Shown: positions 39,183 through 49,871 of the stretch, piece by piece
Numbering within the stretch: position 1 is the first letter of the stretch
Layout of the letters: the number at the start of each line of letters is the position of its first letter
Assembly: GCA_040513215.1 (NCBI GenBank)
Contig: JBEVDR010000033.1
Coordinates: 7,461-71,460, forward strand
DNA length: 64,000 nt
Direction of reading: 5' to 3'
From: Microbacteriaceae bacterium
GTDB taxonomy: Bacteria; Actinomycetota; Actinomycetes; Actinomycetales; Microbacteriaceae
Made by a program: the position numbers and the translations under genes
Notes under the pieces: model-generated
The model's input: only the letters and a program-made list of their open reading frames with translations
Databases searched by the model: none
What the model was told of the DNA's origin: nothing

Positions 39183-40178
39183 TCAGGAGTTCCGCGCGAG
39201 CTCCAGTGCTCCCTCGTCCCACCACTGACCGGCCTCCGGGCCGCCGTTGCAGGTGCCGTCGCTGAGCCCCGGGTGCTTGACCCAGAGCAGCGCGTCGAGC
39301 TTGGTGCTGCCATCGGTGGCGTGCGGCGCCTCACCGAGGCCGGCGCCGGACGGGTTGCACCAGGTGCCCTGCCATCCTGTGCCGTTGCGGGAGATGTCGG
39401 TGACGAAGTGCTTGCCGCCGAGCAGCGCGCTGAGTGCCTCGCCGTATTCCTGCTCCGCATCGGCGGGGTAGAAGTTCGACACGTTGGTGAAGAATCCGCG
39501 GGCCATGCCCACCCCGGCCGCGGTCAGCCGGTCAGCCATCACCGCTTCGGCGATCCAGTAGTTGTTGCCGCCGTCGAGATACACGGTGAGGCCGGCGTCG
39601 GTGAGGATCTGAACGGCGTCGCGCAGCAGCGCGGGCCGGGTGTCGACCTCGGTGGTGCACTTGTCGGCGCTCAGCATCGCCAGGGAGTCAGGCTCGAGCA
39701 GCACCACCGCCTGGCTGCCGCGCATGGTGTCGGCGATCGTGCGCGTCCAGTCGAGGTAGTCCTCGGATTCGAAACCGCCCCTCGAATACCCGCCGCAGTC
39801 CCGGTTCGGGATGGCGTAGTTCACGAACACCGGCGTCGTGCCCTGCTCGGCCGCGGCATCCAAGTTGCGGGTGATCACGCGCTCCAAGAGGTCCGACTCG
39901 TACCAGTCGCCCAACCAGATCGCTGTCGGCTGGCTGCTGATTTCTCGCAGCAGATTGGCCTGGCTGTGCTTGCCCTGCGCCTCGAACCGGGCGACGGCCT
40001 GTTCGGCCGCAGTGTCCGGCTCCAGGTACAGCCCGCCCGCGTACAGCTCCGGCGCGGTCGCCGTCAGCGGGTCGGGGGTCTCCGCCGCGGCATTGGCGCC
40101 CGGCAGCGACACGAACGCTGCCGCGGCGAGCAGCAGAATCGAGGTGGTGGACAACGCAACGCGCAGAAAAGAAGTCAT
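39183..40178 (-). CDS. Secreted glycoside hydrolase family 6 protein (endoglucanase-like, no CBM)
   Basis: Signal peptide; motifs PTAIW, YAIPNRDCG, LEPDSL, NVSN, DISRNG and WVKHPGLSDG. Confidence 0.88.
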   Translation of the reverse strand: MTSFLRVALSTTSILLLAAAAFVSLPGANAAAETPDPLTATAPELYAGGLYLEPDTAAEQAVARFEAQGKHSQANLLREISSQPTAIWLGDWYESDLLERVITRNLDAAAEQGTTPVFVNYAIPNRDCGGYSRGGFESEDYLDWTRTIADTMRGSQAVVLLEPDSLAMLSADKCTTEVDTRPALLRDAVQILTDAGLTVYLDGGNNYWIAEAVMADRLTAAGVGMARGFFTNVSNFYPADAEQEYGEALSALLGGKHFVTDISRNGTGWQGTWCNPSGAGLGEAPHATDGSTKLDALLWVKHPGLSDGTCNGGPEAGQWWDEGALELARNS

Positions 40179-40325
40179 GGTGCAGGTCCTGGGAACACGG
40201 CAAGCGGGGGCGCTGCCGCTGATGCGGCGCCTCTCACAACCGGCCGTTATCCACGATTCCAGCGCCCGTCACTTCTCGGCAGCCTCCGAACGGGGGGAAT
40301 GTCTACCCCAAAACGGGGAGCGACG

Positions 40326-41405
40326 TCAGCGGTATGTGAGCGTTTTCTGCCAGGCCGCCTCGACCGCGACCGGCACGAACCCGAGCGCCTCGTTCACATT
40401 CAGCATCGGCCGGTTCTCCTCGGCATTGCCGGTGAGGACCGACGGATGCCCCGGATGCGTCTCCTCGAGGAACAGCAGGTTCGCGGCCTTCATCCACATG
40501 CCGAGGCGATGCCCGCGATGCTCCCGCAGCACCAGCGTGTCGCCCTGATCCACCGGCCGGTCAAGCTCCGCGGGGACGGTCAGCTCGGTGAAGCCGGCGA
40601 GGGTGCCGGATGCCATGTGCTCGGCCACCACGGTCAGGGTCACCCGCGGGCTCTGCTCGGCGGCCGCATCGAAGGCGCGCAGCCGCTCGACGGTCCACTC
40701 ATCCTCCTCGGCATCCATCTCACCGCTCGGAGCATCCGTGCTCATCCGTTGCCGCAGCATCGCCATGTCGGCCTGCCACTCCGGCGGTGTCGCGCCGACC
40801 CAGCGCAGCAGGCGGTACGCGGAACCCGCCGCGGTACCCGCCTCGGCGAGCCGCGCATCCCGGTCCGGTGCGGTGACCGGTAAGGGCAGCCGGCTGATCC
40901 GCAGCACCTGCCCGAGCCGGAACCCCCGCCCGAGAAGGAACCGCGTGGCATCCGAATCCGCCGGCACCGTACCGAAGCCGGTGGGGGAGTGCAGGGCAGG
41001 CCCGGTCGGCACCGGATGCAGCGCCCACGTCTGCAATACGGTTCGGCCGTCATTCTCCGCGGCGGACACCAGGGCGTCGAGCAGCGCCGAACCGATGCCG
41101 CGACGGCGGTACTCGGCAAGCACGTCGATCTCCATCTCGGCGGTGTGGGTGCCCTCGGTGGGCAGCGGCCGGTAGATGGCCAGCGCCGCGACCCTCCCCT
41201 CGACACGGGCCACCCACAGGCGTTTCGGCTCGAGCGGGTTCTGCCAGTCCGGAAGCTCCTCCGCCGCCGTCCAGACGAACTCGCGATTGCCGATGATGCC
41301 CGTCAGGACGTCGCCGACCACCTCGATCGCGGCTCGGAAATCGGCCGCGTCGGCGGCGTCGAGCGTTGTCGGGATCGCCGCCTCGTCGATCTGGAACTGG
41401 GTCAT
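40326..41405 (-). CDS. Tandem GNAT N-acetyltransferase
   Basis: Two acetyl-CoA motifs (YRRRGIG, HRGHRLG) and NAEENRPMLNVNEALGF. This is the C-terminal part of the 684-aa ORF. Confidence 0.85.
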   Translation of the reverse strand: MTQFQIDEAAIPTTLDAADAADFRAAIEVVGDVLTGIIGNREFVWTAAEELPDWQNPLEPKRLWVARVEGRVAALAIYRPLPTEGTHTAEMEIDVLAEYRRRGIGSALLDALVSAAENDGRTVLQTWALHPVPTGPALHSPTGFGTVPADSDATRFLLGRGFRLGQVLRISRLPLPVTAPDRDARLAEAGTAAGSAYRLLRWVGATPPEWQADMAMLRQRMSTDAPSGEMDAEEDEWTVERLRAFDAAAEQSPRVTLTVVAEHMASGTLAGFTELTVPAELDRPVDQGDTLVLREHRGHRLGMWMKAANLLFLEETHPGHPSVLTGNAEENRPMLNVNEALGFVPVAVEAAWQKTLTYR

Positions 41406-41583
41406 GGTCGTGGCTCCCACCATCGATGCCTGGCCGTCGCGACCACATGCTACCCGGCGGCACCGGCAGCGCACGAGATCGGCACGACGACGGCGCGGCC
41501 GCTCGTCCAGCGCGCCAACCGGGGTGACATGCCGCGGTCCGGTACCGTAGTCCCAGTATTTGCAGGCGAACGAAGGCGGCCAC

Positions 41584-44500
41584 GTGTACTTGAAGAGCCT
41601 GACCCTGAAGGGGTTCAAGTCCTTCGCACAGCCGACCACCTTCGCCTTCGAACAGGGCGTCACCTGCGTGGTCGGCCCCAACGGCTCCGGCAAGAGCAAC
41701 GTGGTCGACGCCCTCGCCTGGGTGATGGGCGAGCAGGGCGCCAAGACACTGCGCGGCGGCAAGATGGAAGACGTCATCTTCGCCGGCACCTCCACCCGCG
41801 GGCCGCTCGGCCGGGCCGAGGTGACGCTGACCATTGACAACACGGATGGCGCGCTGCCGATCGAGTACACCGAGGTGACGATCAGCCGCACGCTGTTCCG
41901 CAACGGCGGCTCCGAATACGCCATCAACGGCGAGAACTGCCGACTGCTCGACGTGCAGGAGCTGCTGAGCGACTCCGGGCTCGGGCGCGAGATGCACGTG
42001 ATCGTCGGCCAGGGCCGGCTCGACAACGTGCTGCACGCCAGCCCCGAGGAACGCCGCGGCTTCATTGAGGAAGCTGCCGGCATCCTGAAGCACCGCCGCC
42101 GCAAGGAGAAGACGCTTCGCAAGCTCGAGGCGATGCAGGCCAACCTGACCCGGCTGAACGATCTCGCCGGTGAGATCCGGCGGCAGCTGAAGCCGCTCGG
42201 GCACCAGGCCGAGATCGCCCGAGAGGCGCAGTCCATTGCGGCGATCGTGCGCGACGCCCGCGCCCGGCTGTTGGCCGACGAGGTGGTCGAGCTGCGCACC
42301 GCGATCACCGACTTCAGCCGCGACGAGAACGATCGCAAGAGCGAACGGATCGTGCTGCAGGAGCAGGTCGACCAGGCCAAGCTGCGGCAGGTTCACATTG
42401 AGCAGGCCATGGTGGGCGACGCGGTCGATGCTGCCCGCCGGGTCAGCTTCGGGCTGGAACAGGCGCAGGAACGCCTGCGCAGCCTGTACTCGCTGGCCAA
42501 CCAGAAGCTCGCGCTGCTGGGGCAGCAGTCGGAACTGCCGGGCATGCAGACCACGATCTCACCCGACATGGTGCGGGCGGCGCACGCTGAGGCCGAACGC
42601 CTGCGCGCCGGGGTTGCCGAGTCCGAGGCGGCGGTCGGTCGGGCCGCCGCGACCACTGCCACCGCGAAGGCGTCGCTGGACTCCCTCGACGAGGAGATCA
42701 GCGCGCAGAGCACCCTGATCTCGCAGCACGACCTCGAACTGGCGAGGCTTGCCAGCCAGACCGAGCTCGCCAAGTCCAAGCTCGCCGGCGTGCGCGGCGA
42801 GTCGCTCCGCCAGCAGAACACGCTCGAGCACGCCGTCGCCCGGCGCGAGAAGGCGCGCGCCGACTTCGCCGCCCTCGAGCAGCGCGATGACACCGTGGAG
42901 GAGCGCGACGGTGCGCTCGACGAACGACACCAGAGCGCGGATGCCGCGGTGCTCACTCTGCAGGCCGAGATCGAAACCCTCCGCGACGAACTGCATGCCG
43001 CCGAGCGGGAACGCGACGCACTCGCCGCGCGCACCAGTGCCCTGTCCCGGGCGCTCGAGATCAAGGATGGCGCCCACGACCTGGTCGCCGCCGCGCTGCC
43101 GGGCGTTGCCGGTCTCGTCGCCGAGCACGTGCAGGTGCAGCCCGGCTTCGAATCAGCCATCGCCGCCGCGCTCGGCTCCCTCGCCGACGCCGTTCTCGCC
43201 GACTCGACCGACGCCGCCTATGACGCCGTAGCCCACGCCAAGGCCGGGGATCTCGGCCGGGTCGAGGTCGTCATCGGCGATGCCGTCACAACGGCACCGG
43301 AGTGGCCCGCCCTCGACGGCATCGTCCCCGCACACACGGTGGTCGACGCCCCAGCCGGGGTCCGCGGCATCCTGAGCTTCATTGGCATCGCCGAGAGCCT
43401 CGACGCGGCACGCGCCGCCGTGCCACGGCTCGCCGAGGCTGCGCTCGGCGGCCCGATCACCCTTGTCACGACCGACGGCGACGTGCTCACCGAGCATGTG
43501 CTGCGCGGTGGATCCGGCGGCAAGCAGGGTCGCATCGAGCTGCTCGCCGAGCGCGACGCTGCCGCCGTGCGACTGACCGAGGTCACCACCCTCGCCGAAC
43601 GCGCCCGCGGGACGCTCGCCGACACGAGGGCTGCGCTCGATACGGCGAAGAAGGAGGCCGCGACAGCTCTCGCCGCCCTGCGCGAGCGCGACGCACGCCT
43701 CGCCGCCCACGGTGAACAGGTCGCCCGGGTGCGCGTGCAACTCGAATCGTCCGAAGCGGAGTGCGAGCGGGTGTCGACGGCGCTCGAGTCCACGGCTGAG
43801 GCAGTGCGCACCGCGCAGGCCGTCGTCGACCGCGCCGTGGAGGCGCACGCCGAGTACGCGGCCCGGCCGCGGCCGATGCTCGACGTGTCGGCCCGCGATG
43901 ACCTGCTCATCGAACTGGAGCAGGCCAGGGCCGCCGAGCTCGACGCCCGCATTCAGCTCGAGACGGTGCGCGAACGCGTGCGCGCCGAGGACGGCCGCGC
44001 CCGAAACCTGGCCACCCAGCTGGAGGCCGAGAGGGCCGCGGCCGAGGAACAGGCTCGCGTGGCAGTGATCCGTCAGCGACAGATCACCGCCGCGACATCC
44101 GTCGTCGATGCTCTGCCCGCCGTGTTGAACGCCGTCGACCGCTCGGTCGCCGAGGCCCGTGTGACGCTCGTCTCCGCCGAGGCGGAACGCACCGCGCAGA
44201 ACCAGGAACTGGCGACGCTGCGCGCCTCGGAGTCGGCACTGCGCGAGCGTCTGCACGCGGTCAGTGAGCGCGTGCACGGACTCGAGATGCAGGTGTACGA
44301 GAAGAAGCTGCACCTGTCGACGCTGCTCGAGCGAGCCGGAGACGAGCTCGGCCTGGTCGAAGACGTGCTGGTCGCCGAGTACGGACCGCAGGTGCCGGTG
44401 CCCGATGACGCTGGCGCTGCCCCCGCCCCGTTGGGTGAGGAGCGAGGAACGAGCGTCTCGAAACCGTTCAACCGCGCCGAACAACAGCAACGCCTCGCCA

Positions 44501-45138
44501 AGGCCGAACGCAAGTACCAGCAGCTCGGCCGCGTGAACCCGCTCGCGCTCGAAGAATTCGCGGCCCTCGAGCAGCGGCACAAGTTCCTCACCGAGCAGCT
44601 GACCGACCTCACCAACACCCGCAAAGACCTGCTCACGATCATTCAGGAGATCGACGAGAAGATGCAGGACATCTTCTCCTCCGCGTTCGCCGACACCAAG
44701 GCGGCGTTCGACACGGTGTTCCCGATCTTGTTCCCCGGCGGAACCGGCAGCCTGCACCTCACCAACCCCGACGACATGCTCACCACCGGCATCGAGGTGT
44801 CGGTGAAGCCAGCGGGCAAGAAGATCGAGCGGCTGTCGTTGCTCTCCGGTGGCGAGCGGTCCCTGGCCGCGGTGGCGCTGCTGATCGCGATCTTCAAGGC
44901 CCGGCCCAGCCCGTTCTACATCATGGACGAGGTCGAGGCGGCGCTGGATGACGCAAACCTCGGCCGACTGCTCACCATCTTCGAGGACCTGCGGCAGTCA
45001 TCGCAGCTGATCGTGATCACCCACCAGAAGCGCACCATGGAGATCGCCGATGCCCTGTACGGCGTCTCGATGCGCCAGGATGGCGTCAGCGCGGTCGTCG
45101 GCCAGCGAGTAGTGCAGCCCGAGGAGCGGGCGAGCTAG
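41584..45138 (+). CDS. smc: Chromosome segregation protein SMC
   Basis: Motifs LKGFKSF, GPNGSGKSN, coiled coils with hinge, LSGGERS and DEVEAALD. Confidence 0.97.
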   Translation: MYLKSLTLKGFKSFAQPTTFAFEQGVTCVVGPNGSGKSNVVDALAWVMGEQGAKTLRGGKMEDVIFAGTSTRGPLGRAEVTLTIDNTDGALPIEYTEVTISRTLFRNGGSEYAINGENCRLLDVQELLSDSGLGREMHVIVGQGRLDNVLHASPEERRGFIEEAAGILKHRRRKEKTLRKLEAMQANLTRLNDLAGEIRRQLKPLGHQAEIAREAQSIAAIVRDARARLLADEVVELRTAITDFSRDENDRKSERIVLQEQVDQAKLRQVHIEQAMVGDAVDAARRVSFGLEQAQERLRSLYSLANQKLALLGQQSELPGMQTTISPDMVRAAHAEAERLRAGVAESEAAVGRAAATTATAKASLDSLDEEISAQSTLISQHDLELARLASQTELAKSKLAGVRGESLRQQNTLEHAVARREKARADFAALEQRDDTVEERDGALDERHQSADAAVLTLQAEIETLRDELHAAERERDALAARTSALSRALEIKDGAHDLVAAALPGVAGLVAEHVQVQPGFESAIAAALGSLADAVLADSTDAAYDAVAHAKAGDLGRVEVVIGDAVTTAPEWPALDGIVPAHTVVDAPAGVRGILSFIGIAESLDAARAAVPRLAEAALGGPITLVTTDGDVLTEHVLRGGSGGKQGRIELLAERDAAAVRLTEVTTLAERARGTLADTRAALDTAKKEAATALAALRERDARLAAHGEQVARVRVQLESSEAECERVSTALESTAEAVRTAQAVVDRAVEAHAEYAARPRPMLDVSARDDLLIELEQARAAELDARIQLETVRERVRAEDGRARNLATQLEAERAAAEEQARVAVIRQRQITAATSVVDALPAVLNAVDRSVAEARVTLVSAEAERTAQNQELATLRASESALRERLHAVSERVHGLEMQVYEKKLHLSTLLERAGDELGLVEDVLVAEYGPQVPVPDDAGAAPAPLGEERGTSVSKPFNRAEQQQRLAKAERKYQQLGRVNPLALEEFAALEQRHKFLTEQLTDLTNTRKDLLTIIQEIDEKMQDIFSSAFADTKAAFDTVFPILFPGGTGSLHLTNPDDMLTTGIEVSVKPAGKKIERLSLLSGGERSLAAVALLIAIFKARPSPFYIMDEVEAALDDANLGRLLTIFEDLRQSSQLIVITHQKRTMEIADALYGVSMRQDGVSAVVGQRVVQPEERAS

Positions 45139-45210
45139 CTGCGCCGGTCCCTTGCGCTCGCGCTCGAGCCGCCGTTCTCCGCCCGTCAGAACAACCGCCA
45201 GTTCTGCCCG

Positions 45211-45774
45211 TCAGGCAAGGGCATTCAGGATGGTGCCGTTCACGCTGAGCACCCGCCACTGTCCGTCGACGAGGTCCACGGTGGACACCGACCCGTTCTG
45301 GATACGATCCAGCGGCTCCCCATGCAGTGCGGCCAGCGTGTACCGGATCAGCGTGCCGTGGCAGACGATCACCACGTTACGGTCGGCGTACTCGTCGGCG
45401 ATCTGCTGCAACGCGGCCGTGCCGCGGGCGACGACCGACTCGAGCGATTCCAGGCCGGGGTACTGGCGATCCGGCCACTGGGTAAGGATCTCCTCCATGG
45501 TGAGTCCCTCGCCGACACCGTAGTTGCGCTCGACGAGCAGGCTGTAGCTGCGGCCGAGTTCGATGTCCAGACCGGCGGCGATGATCCCGGCGGTCTCTCG
45601 GGCTCGGGACAGCGGCGACGACACGATCACGTCCCACTCGGCATCCGTCAGCACGCCGACAGCCTCCCGTGCCTGCTCACGACCGGTGTCATTCAGTGGG
45701 ATGTCGGTGGTGCCCTGCATGCGCCCCGTGGCGTTCCAGTCGGTTTGTCCATGTCGGATGAAGGCGATGGTCAT
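45211..45774 (-). CDS. Histidine phosphatase (phosphoglycerate mutase superfamily)
   Basis: Motifs RHGQTDWN, SSPLSRA, ERNYG and VCHG. Confidence 0.9.
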   Translation of the reverse strand: MTIAFIRHGQTDWNATGRMQGTTDIPLNDTGREQAREAVGVLTDAEWDVIVSSPLSRARETAGIIAAGLDIELGRSYSLLVERNYGVGEGLTMEEILTQWPDRQYPGLESLESVVARGTAALQQIADEYADRNVVIVCHGTLIRYTLAALHGEPLDRIQNGSVSTVDLVDGQWRVLSVNGTILNALA

Positions 45775-45889
45775 GTCACGCGGCTTTCGGTTGGGGATGT
45801 CGCATCCTATTCTCGCGTGAGCGTGAACTCAGTGCCTGAGGTCGAGCGGGAGGGAAAGGGGCCCGGTCCCGGTGCTCTAGCCTGTTCTC

Positions 45890-46765
45890 ATGGCTGAACG
45901 CACCCCATGGTCACTATCCGGCGCCCTGCGGGGGATGTTCGCGAAGAAGACCATCGACGAGGGAACGTGGGAAGACCTCGAAGACGCCCTGATCTCGGCG
46001 GACTTCGGACCGGACATCACCGACGCGATCGTCGAGGAGTTGCGCGCGAACGTGGCGCGCTTCCGCACCACCGACCCGGCAGACCTGAAACGGATGCTGC
46101 GCGAGACCCTCGAGGAACGGCTCGCCAAGTACGACCCGACGCTGACCCTGAGCAACCGTCCCGCGGTGGTGCTGGTCGTCGGCGTGAACGGTGTCGGCAA
46201 GACCACCACCATCGGCAAGTTCGCCAAGTTTCTGGTGAACCACGGACGCAGCGTCGTCGTGGGCGCGGCAGACACCTTCCGTGCCGCCGCGGTCGAGCAG
46301 CTCGCCACCTGGGCCGAGCGCGCCGGGGCATCCGTGGTGCGGCCACAGCAGCAGGGCCAGGACCCGGCATCCGTCGCCTTCCAGACCGTGGAGCGGGCTC
46401 GCCTTGAGGGAACCGAGATCGTGCTCGTCGACACCGCGGGACGGCTGCAGTCCAAGGCCGGCCTGATGGACGAGCTGTCCAAGGTGCGCCGCGTGATCGA
46501 GAAGCTGGAGCCGATCGCCGAGGTGCTGCTGGTGCTCGACGCCACCACCGGGCAGAACGGTGTCGCGCAGGCCGAGGCGTTCATCCAGCACGCCGGCGTC
46601 ACCGGACTCGTGATCACCAAGCTCGACGGTTCCGCGAAGGGCGGATTCGTGCTTGCCGTGCAGGAAAAGACCGGCATCCCGATCAAGCTGATCGGACAGG
46701 GCGAGGGCATCAACGACCTCACCGGCTTCACCCCGCACGTGTACGCGGCGGGCCTTGTCGGCTAG
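45890..46765 (+). CDS. ftsY: Signal recognition particle receptor FtsY (NG domain only)
   Basis: Motifs GVNGVGKTTT, DTFRAAA, DTAGR and TKLDG. Confidence 0.96.
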   Translation: MAERTPWSLSGALRGMFAKKTIDEGTWEDLEDALISADFGPDITDAIVEELRANVARFRTTDPADLKRMLRETLEERLAKYDPTLTLSNRPAVVLVVGVNGVGKTTTIGKFAKFLVNHGRSVVVGAADTFRAAAVEQLATWAERAGASVVRPQQQGQDPASVAFQTVERARLEGTEIVLVDTAGRLQSKAGLMDELSKVRRVIEKLEPIAEVLLVLDATTGQNGVAQAEAFIQHAGVTGLVITKLDGSAKGGFVLAVQEKTGIPIKLIGQGEGINDLTGFTPHVYAAGLVG

Positions 46766-46779
46766 GTCTCGCGCGGCGG

Positions 46780-48171
46780 TTATTCCTCGAGCGCCTGCCC
46801 GCGCCGTTCGGCCAGCAGCAGCGCGCTCACCGCGGCGATCACGAAGAACACCCCGAACGCCCCGAACAGCATCATGTTGCCGCCGAGCGCCGACAGCACC
46901 GGCACCGACAGCGGTGCGAGGATCGCACCGATCCGGCCGACCGCGGCGGCCCAACCGGCCCCGGTCGCCCGCAGCCTCGTCGGGTACAGCTCGGGGGTGA
47001 TCGCGTAGAGCGCACCCCAGGCGCCGAGGTTGAAGAACGACAGCAGGCAGCCGAACAGCAGCACCGTCGCGTCGGTGGTGGCTGTGCCGAACATCACGGC
47101 GGATGCCGCGGACCCGGCGAGGAATACGGCCAGGGTCACCCGGCGGCCCCAGATCTCGATCAGCCAGGCCGCCACGGCGTACCCGGGCAACTGCGCGAGG
47201 GTGATGATCAGGGTGAACTCCACCGACTTCACCAGCGGGTAGCCCGAGTTGAACAGAATCGTCGGCAGCCAGATGAACGCGCCGTAGTACGAGAAGTTCA
47301 CGCAGAACCAGACGATCCAGAGCGGCACGGTGCGGCCGCGCAGCTCGCGGGAGAACAGTCCGGCCAGCCGCTGCCGGGCACCGAGCTGGGTCGGAGTGGT
47401 CTCGGGCGGGCCGGATGCCGGGGTCACAGTCTCTGAGGCGGCAGAGCCCGCGTGGGCGGCGGCAGGGGCATCCGTCACGCCGGCGGATGCCTCAAACTTG
47501 CGCACCACGGTTTCCGCCTCAGCGTGCCGGCCCTGTGCCTCGAGGAACCGTACCGACTCGGGCAGGCCGAAGCGCACCACAATGGCGTACAGGGCGGGGA
47601 CCAGGCCGATCGCCAGGGCCCAGCGCCAGCCGTTGTCACTGAGCGGCACGATGAACGCGCCGATCAGCGCGGCGGCCAACCAGCCGACCGCCCAGAAGGC
47701 CTCGAGGATCACGACAATGCGGCCGCGGATGCGGGCAGGTGCCATCTCGCTGACCAGCGTCGACGCGACGGGCAGTTCCGAGCCGAGGCCCAGGCCGATG
47801 AAGAATCGGAACACGATCAGCACACTCACCGACCAGGCGAGCGCGCTCAGCCCGGTCGCGATGCCGAAGATCAGCAGTGTCACGGCGAACACCTGGCGGC
47901 GGCCGAACTTGTCGGCGAGCAGTCCGCCGACGCTCGCACCGATCGCCATCCCGATCGCGGAGATCGTGGCGAGCCACGACTGCTCGGCCGGGGTGACCTC
48001 CCAGGTGCTCGCGAGCGCCACCAGCACGTACGACAGCAAGCCGACATCCATCGCGTCGAGAGCCCAGCCGAGGCCGGATCCGACCAGCAGTTTGCGGTGG
48101 GCTTTGGTGAACGGCAGGCGATCGAGACGCTCGGTACGGGTGGGCGCCGAGGTGCGGGTAGGCATGGTCAT
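46780..48171 (-). CDS. MFS transporter (NiaP/YceI-like)
   Basis: Motifs GLGWALDAMDVG, GGLLADKFGRR, LVSEMAP and PELYPT. Confidence 0.85.
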   Translation of the reverse strand: MTMPTRTSAPTRTERLDRLPFTKAHRKLLVGSGLGWALDAMDVGLLSYVLVALASTWEVTPAEQSWLATISAIGMAIGASVGGLLADKFGRRQVFAVTLLIFGIATGLSALAWSVSVLIVFRFFIGLGLGSELPVASTLVSEMAPARIRGRIVVILEAFWAVGWLAAALIGAFIVPLSDNGWRWALAIGLVPALYAIVVRFGLPESVRFLEAQGRHAEAETVVRKFEASAGVTDAPAAAHAGSAASETVTPASGPPETTPTQLGARQRLAGLFSRELRGRTVPLWIVWFCVNFSYYGAFIWLPTILFNSGYPLVKSVEFTLIITLAQLPGYAVAAWLIEIWGRRVTLAVFLAGSAASAVMFGTATTDATVLLFGCLLSFFNLGAWGALYAITPELYPTRLRATGAGWAAAVGRIGAILAPLSVPVLSALGGNMMLFGAFGVFFVIAAVSALLLAERRGQALEE

Positions 48172-48244
48172 GGTGGGTCCTTGGTGCGTGGGGGAGTCGC
48201 TGTCAACGCTAGTGCGTCGGCGAGCGGGTTAAACTATCCAGACC

Positions 48245-49825
48245 ATGGCCACATTTGGGAATCTCTCCGACCGTCTGACCGAGACCTTCAAGAACCTCCG
48301 CACCAAGGGCAAGCTCAGTGCTGCGGATGTCGATGGCACCGTCCGGGAAATCCGGCGCGCCCTGCTCGACGCCGACGTCGCGCTGCCGGTGGTCAAGGAC
48401 TTCACCGGAACCGTGCGCGAACGCGCCCTCGGCGACGAGGTGAACAAGGCGCTGAACCCGGCGCAGCAGGTCGTGCAGATCGTCAACGAAGAGCTGGTGC
48501 GCATCCTCGGTGGGCAGCAGCGTCGCCTCGAGTTCGCGAAGAACCCGCCGACGGTGATCATGCTGGCCGGTCTGCAGGGTGCCGGTAAGACCACGCTCGC
48601 CGGCAAGCTGGCGAAGTGGCTTGAAGAGCAGAACCACACCCCGATCCTCGTCGCGGCTGACCTGCAGCGTCCGAACGCGGTCACCCAGCTGCAGGTGGTC
48701 GGCGAGCAGGCCGGTGTGCCGGTGTTCGCCCCGGAACCCGGAAACGGCGTCGGCAACCCGGTGAAGGTCGCCAAGGACGCGGTGAAGTACGCCAAAGACA
48801 AGCAGCACGACGTCGTCATCATTGACACGGCCGGTCGCCTCGGTGTCGACAAGGACATGATGAAGCAGGCCGCCGACATCCGGAAGGCCACCGACCCCGA
48901 CGAGGTGCTCTTCGTCATCGACGCGATGATCGGTCAGGATGCCGTCGCCACGGCGAAGGCGTTCCAGGAGGGTGTGGACTTCACCGGTGTGGTGCTCACC
49001 AAGCTCGACGGTGACGCCCGTGGTGGTGCCGCGCTGTCGGTGGCGAGCGTCACCGGCCGGCCGATCATGTTCGCGTCCACCGGTGAGAACCTCGGCGACT
49101 TCGAGCCGTTCTACCCCGACCGCATGGCCCGCCGCATCCTCGACCTCGGTGACATCCTTACCCTGATCGAACAGGCGCAGAAGGCCTTCGACGAGGATGA
49201 AGCCGCCAAGGTTGCCGAGAAGTTCGCGACAGACAGCTTCACGCTCGAGGACTTCCTCGGCCAGATGCAGCAGATCAAGAAGATGGGCTCGCTGAAGGGC
49301 ATGCTCGGCATGCTGCCCGGCGCCAAGGGCATGCGCGAGCAGCTCGACAACTTCGACGAGCGTGAGCTGACCCGCACCGAGGCGATCATCCAGTCGATGA
49401 CCCCGTCGGAACGGCAGAACACGAAGCTCCTCAACGGCTCGCGCCGGCTGCGGATCGCCCGCGGCTCCGGCATGACCGTCACCGACGTCAACCAGCTGGT
49501 GAACCGCTTCGAGCAGGCCGCAAAGATGATGAAGACCGTGGCTCGCGGCGGCATGCCGCAGATGCCGGGAATGGGCCCGATGCCCGGCGGCTTCGGCGGC
49601 GGCGGCCGTAAGGCGGTCGCGAAGAAGAAGAGCGGCTCGAAGTCGGGCAACCCGGCCAAGCGTGCCCAGGAGAACGCGGCCAAGGCATCCGGGGTGAAGC
49701 CCGCGGGCATCAGCGCCGGCGGCTCCGGCTTCGGCCTGGGCGGTCTCGGTGGTGGAGCGAAGGATGCCGCGGGCGGGCCGAGCCCGGAAGAGCTCGAGTC
49801 GCTGCAGAAGTTCCTCGGCCGCTGA
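48245..49825 (+). CDS. ffh: Signal recognition particle protein Ffh
   Basis: Motifs ALLDADV, GLQGAGKTT, DTAGR and TKLDGDARGG; M domain with IIQSMT and RIARGSG. Confidence 0.97.
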   Translation: MATFGNLSDRLTETFKNLRTKGKLSAADVDGTVREIRRALLDADVALPVVKDFTGTVRERALGDEVNKALNPAQQVVQIVNEELVRILGGQQRRLEFAKNPPTVIMLAGLQGAGKTTLAGKLAKWLEEQNHTPILVAADLQRPNAVTQLQVVGEQAGVPVFAPEPGNGVGNPVKVAKDAVKYAKDKQHDVVIIDTAGRLGVDKDMMKQAADIRKATDPDEVLFVIDAMIGQDAVATAKAFQEGVDFTGVVLTKLDGDARGGAALSVASVTGRPIMFASTGENLGDFEPFYPDRMARRILDLGDILTLIEQAQKAFDEDEAAKVAEKFATDSFTLEDFLGQMQQIKKMGSLKGMLGMLPGAKGMREQLDNFDERELTRTEAIIQSMTPSERQNTKLLNGSRRLRIARGSGMTVTDVNQLVNRFEQAAKMMKTVARGGMPQMPGMGPMPGGFGGGGRKAVAKKKSGSKSGNPAKRAQENAAKASGVKPAGISAGGSGFGLGGLGGGAKDAAGGPSPEELESLQKFLGR

Positions 49826-49871
49826 CCGACGCCGAGCCCCGGAGGGGGACCGAGCCGATTAGGGTGATCGG

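Noticed and set aside
40312-40328. CelR/CebR box upstream of the GH6 gene
   Set aside because: GGGAGCGACGTCA matches only half of TGGGAGCGCTCCCA.
40326-42380. 684-aa ORF read as a large GNAT fusion
   Set aside because: The N-terminal half is the antisense of smc plus intergenic DNA. The real GNAT starts near 41405.
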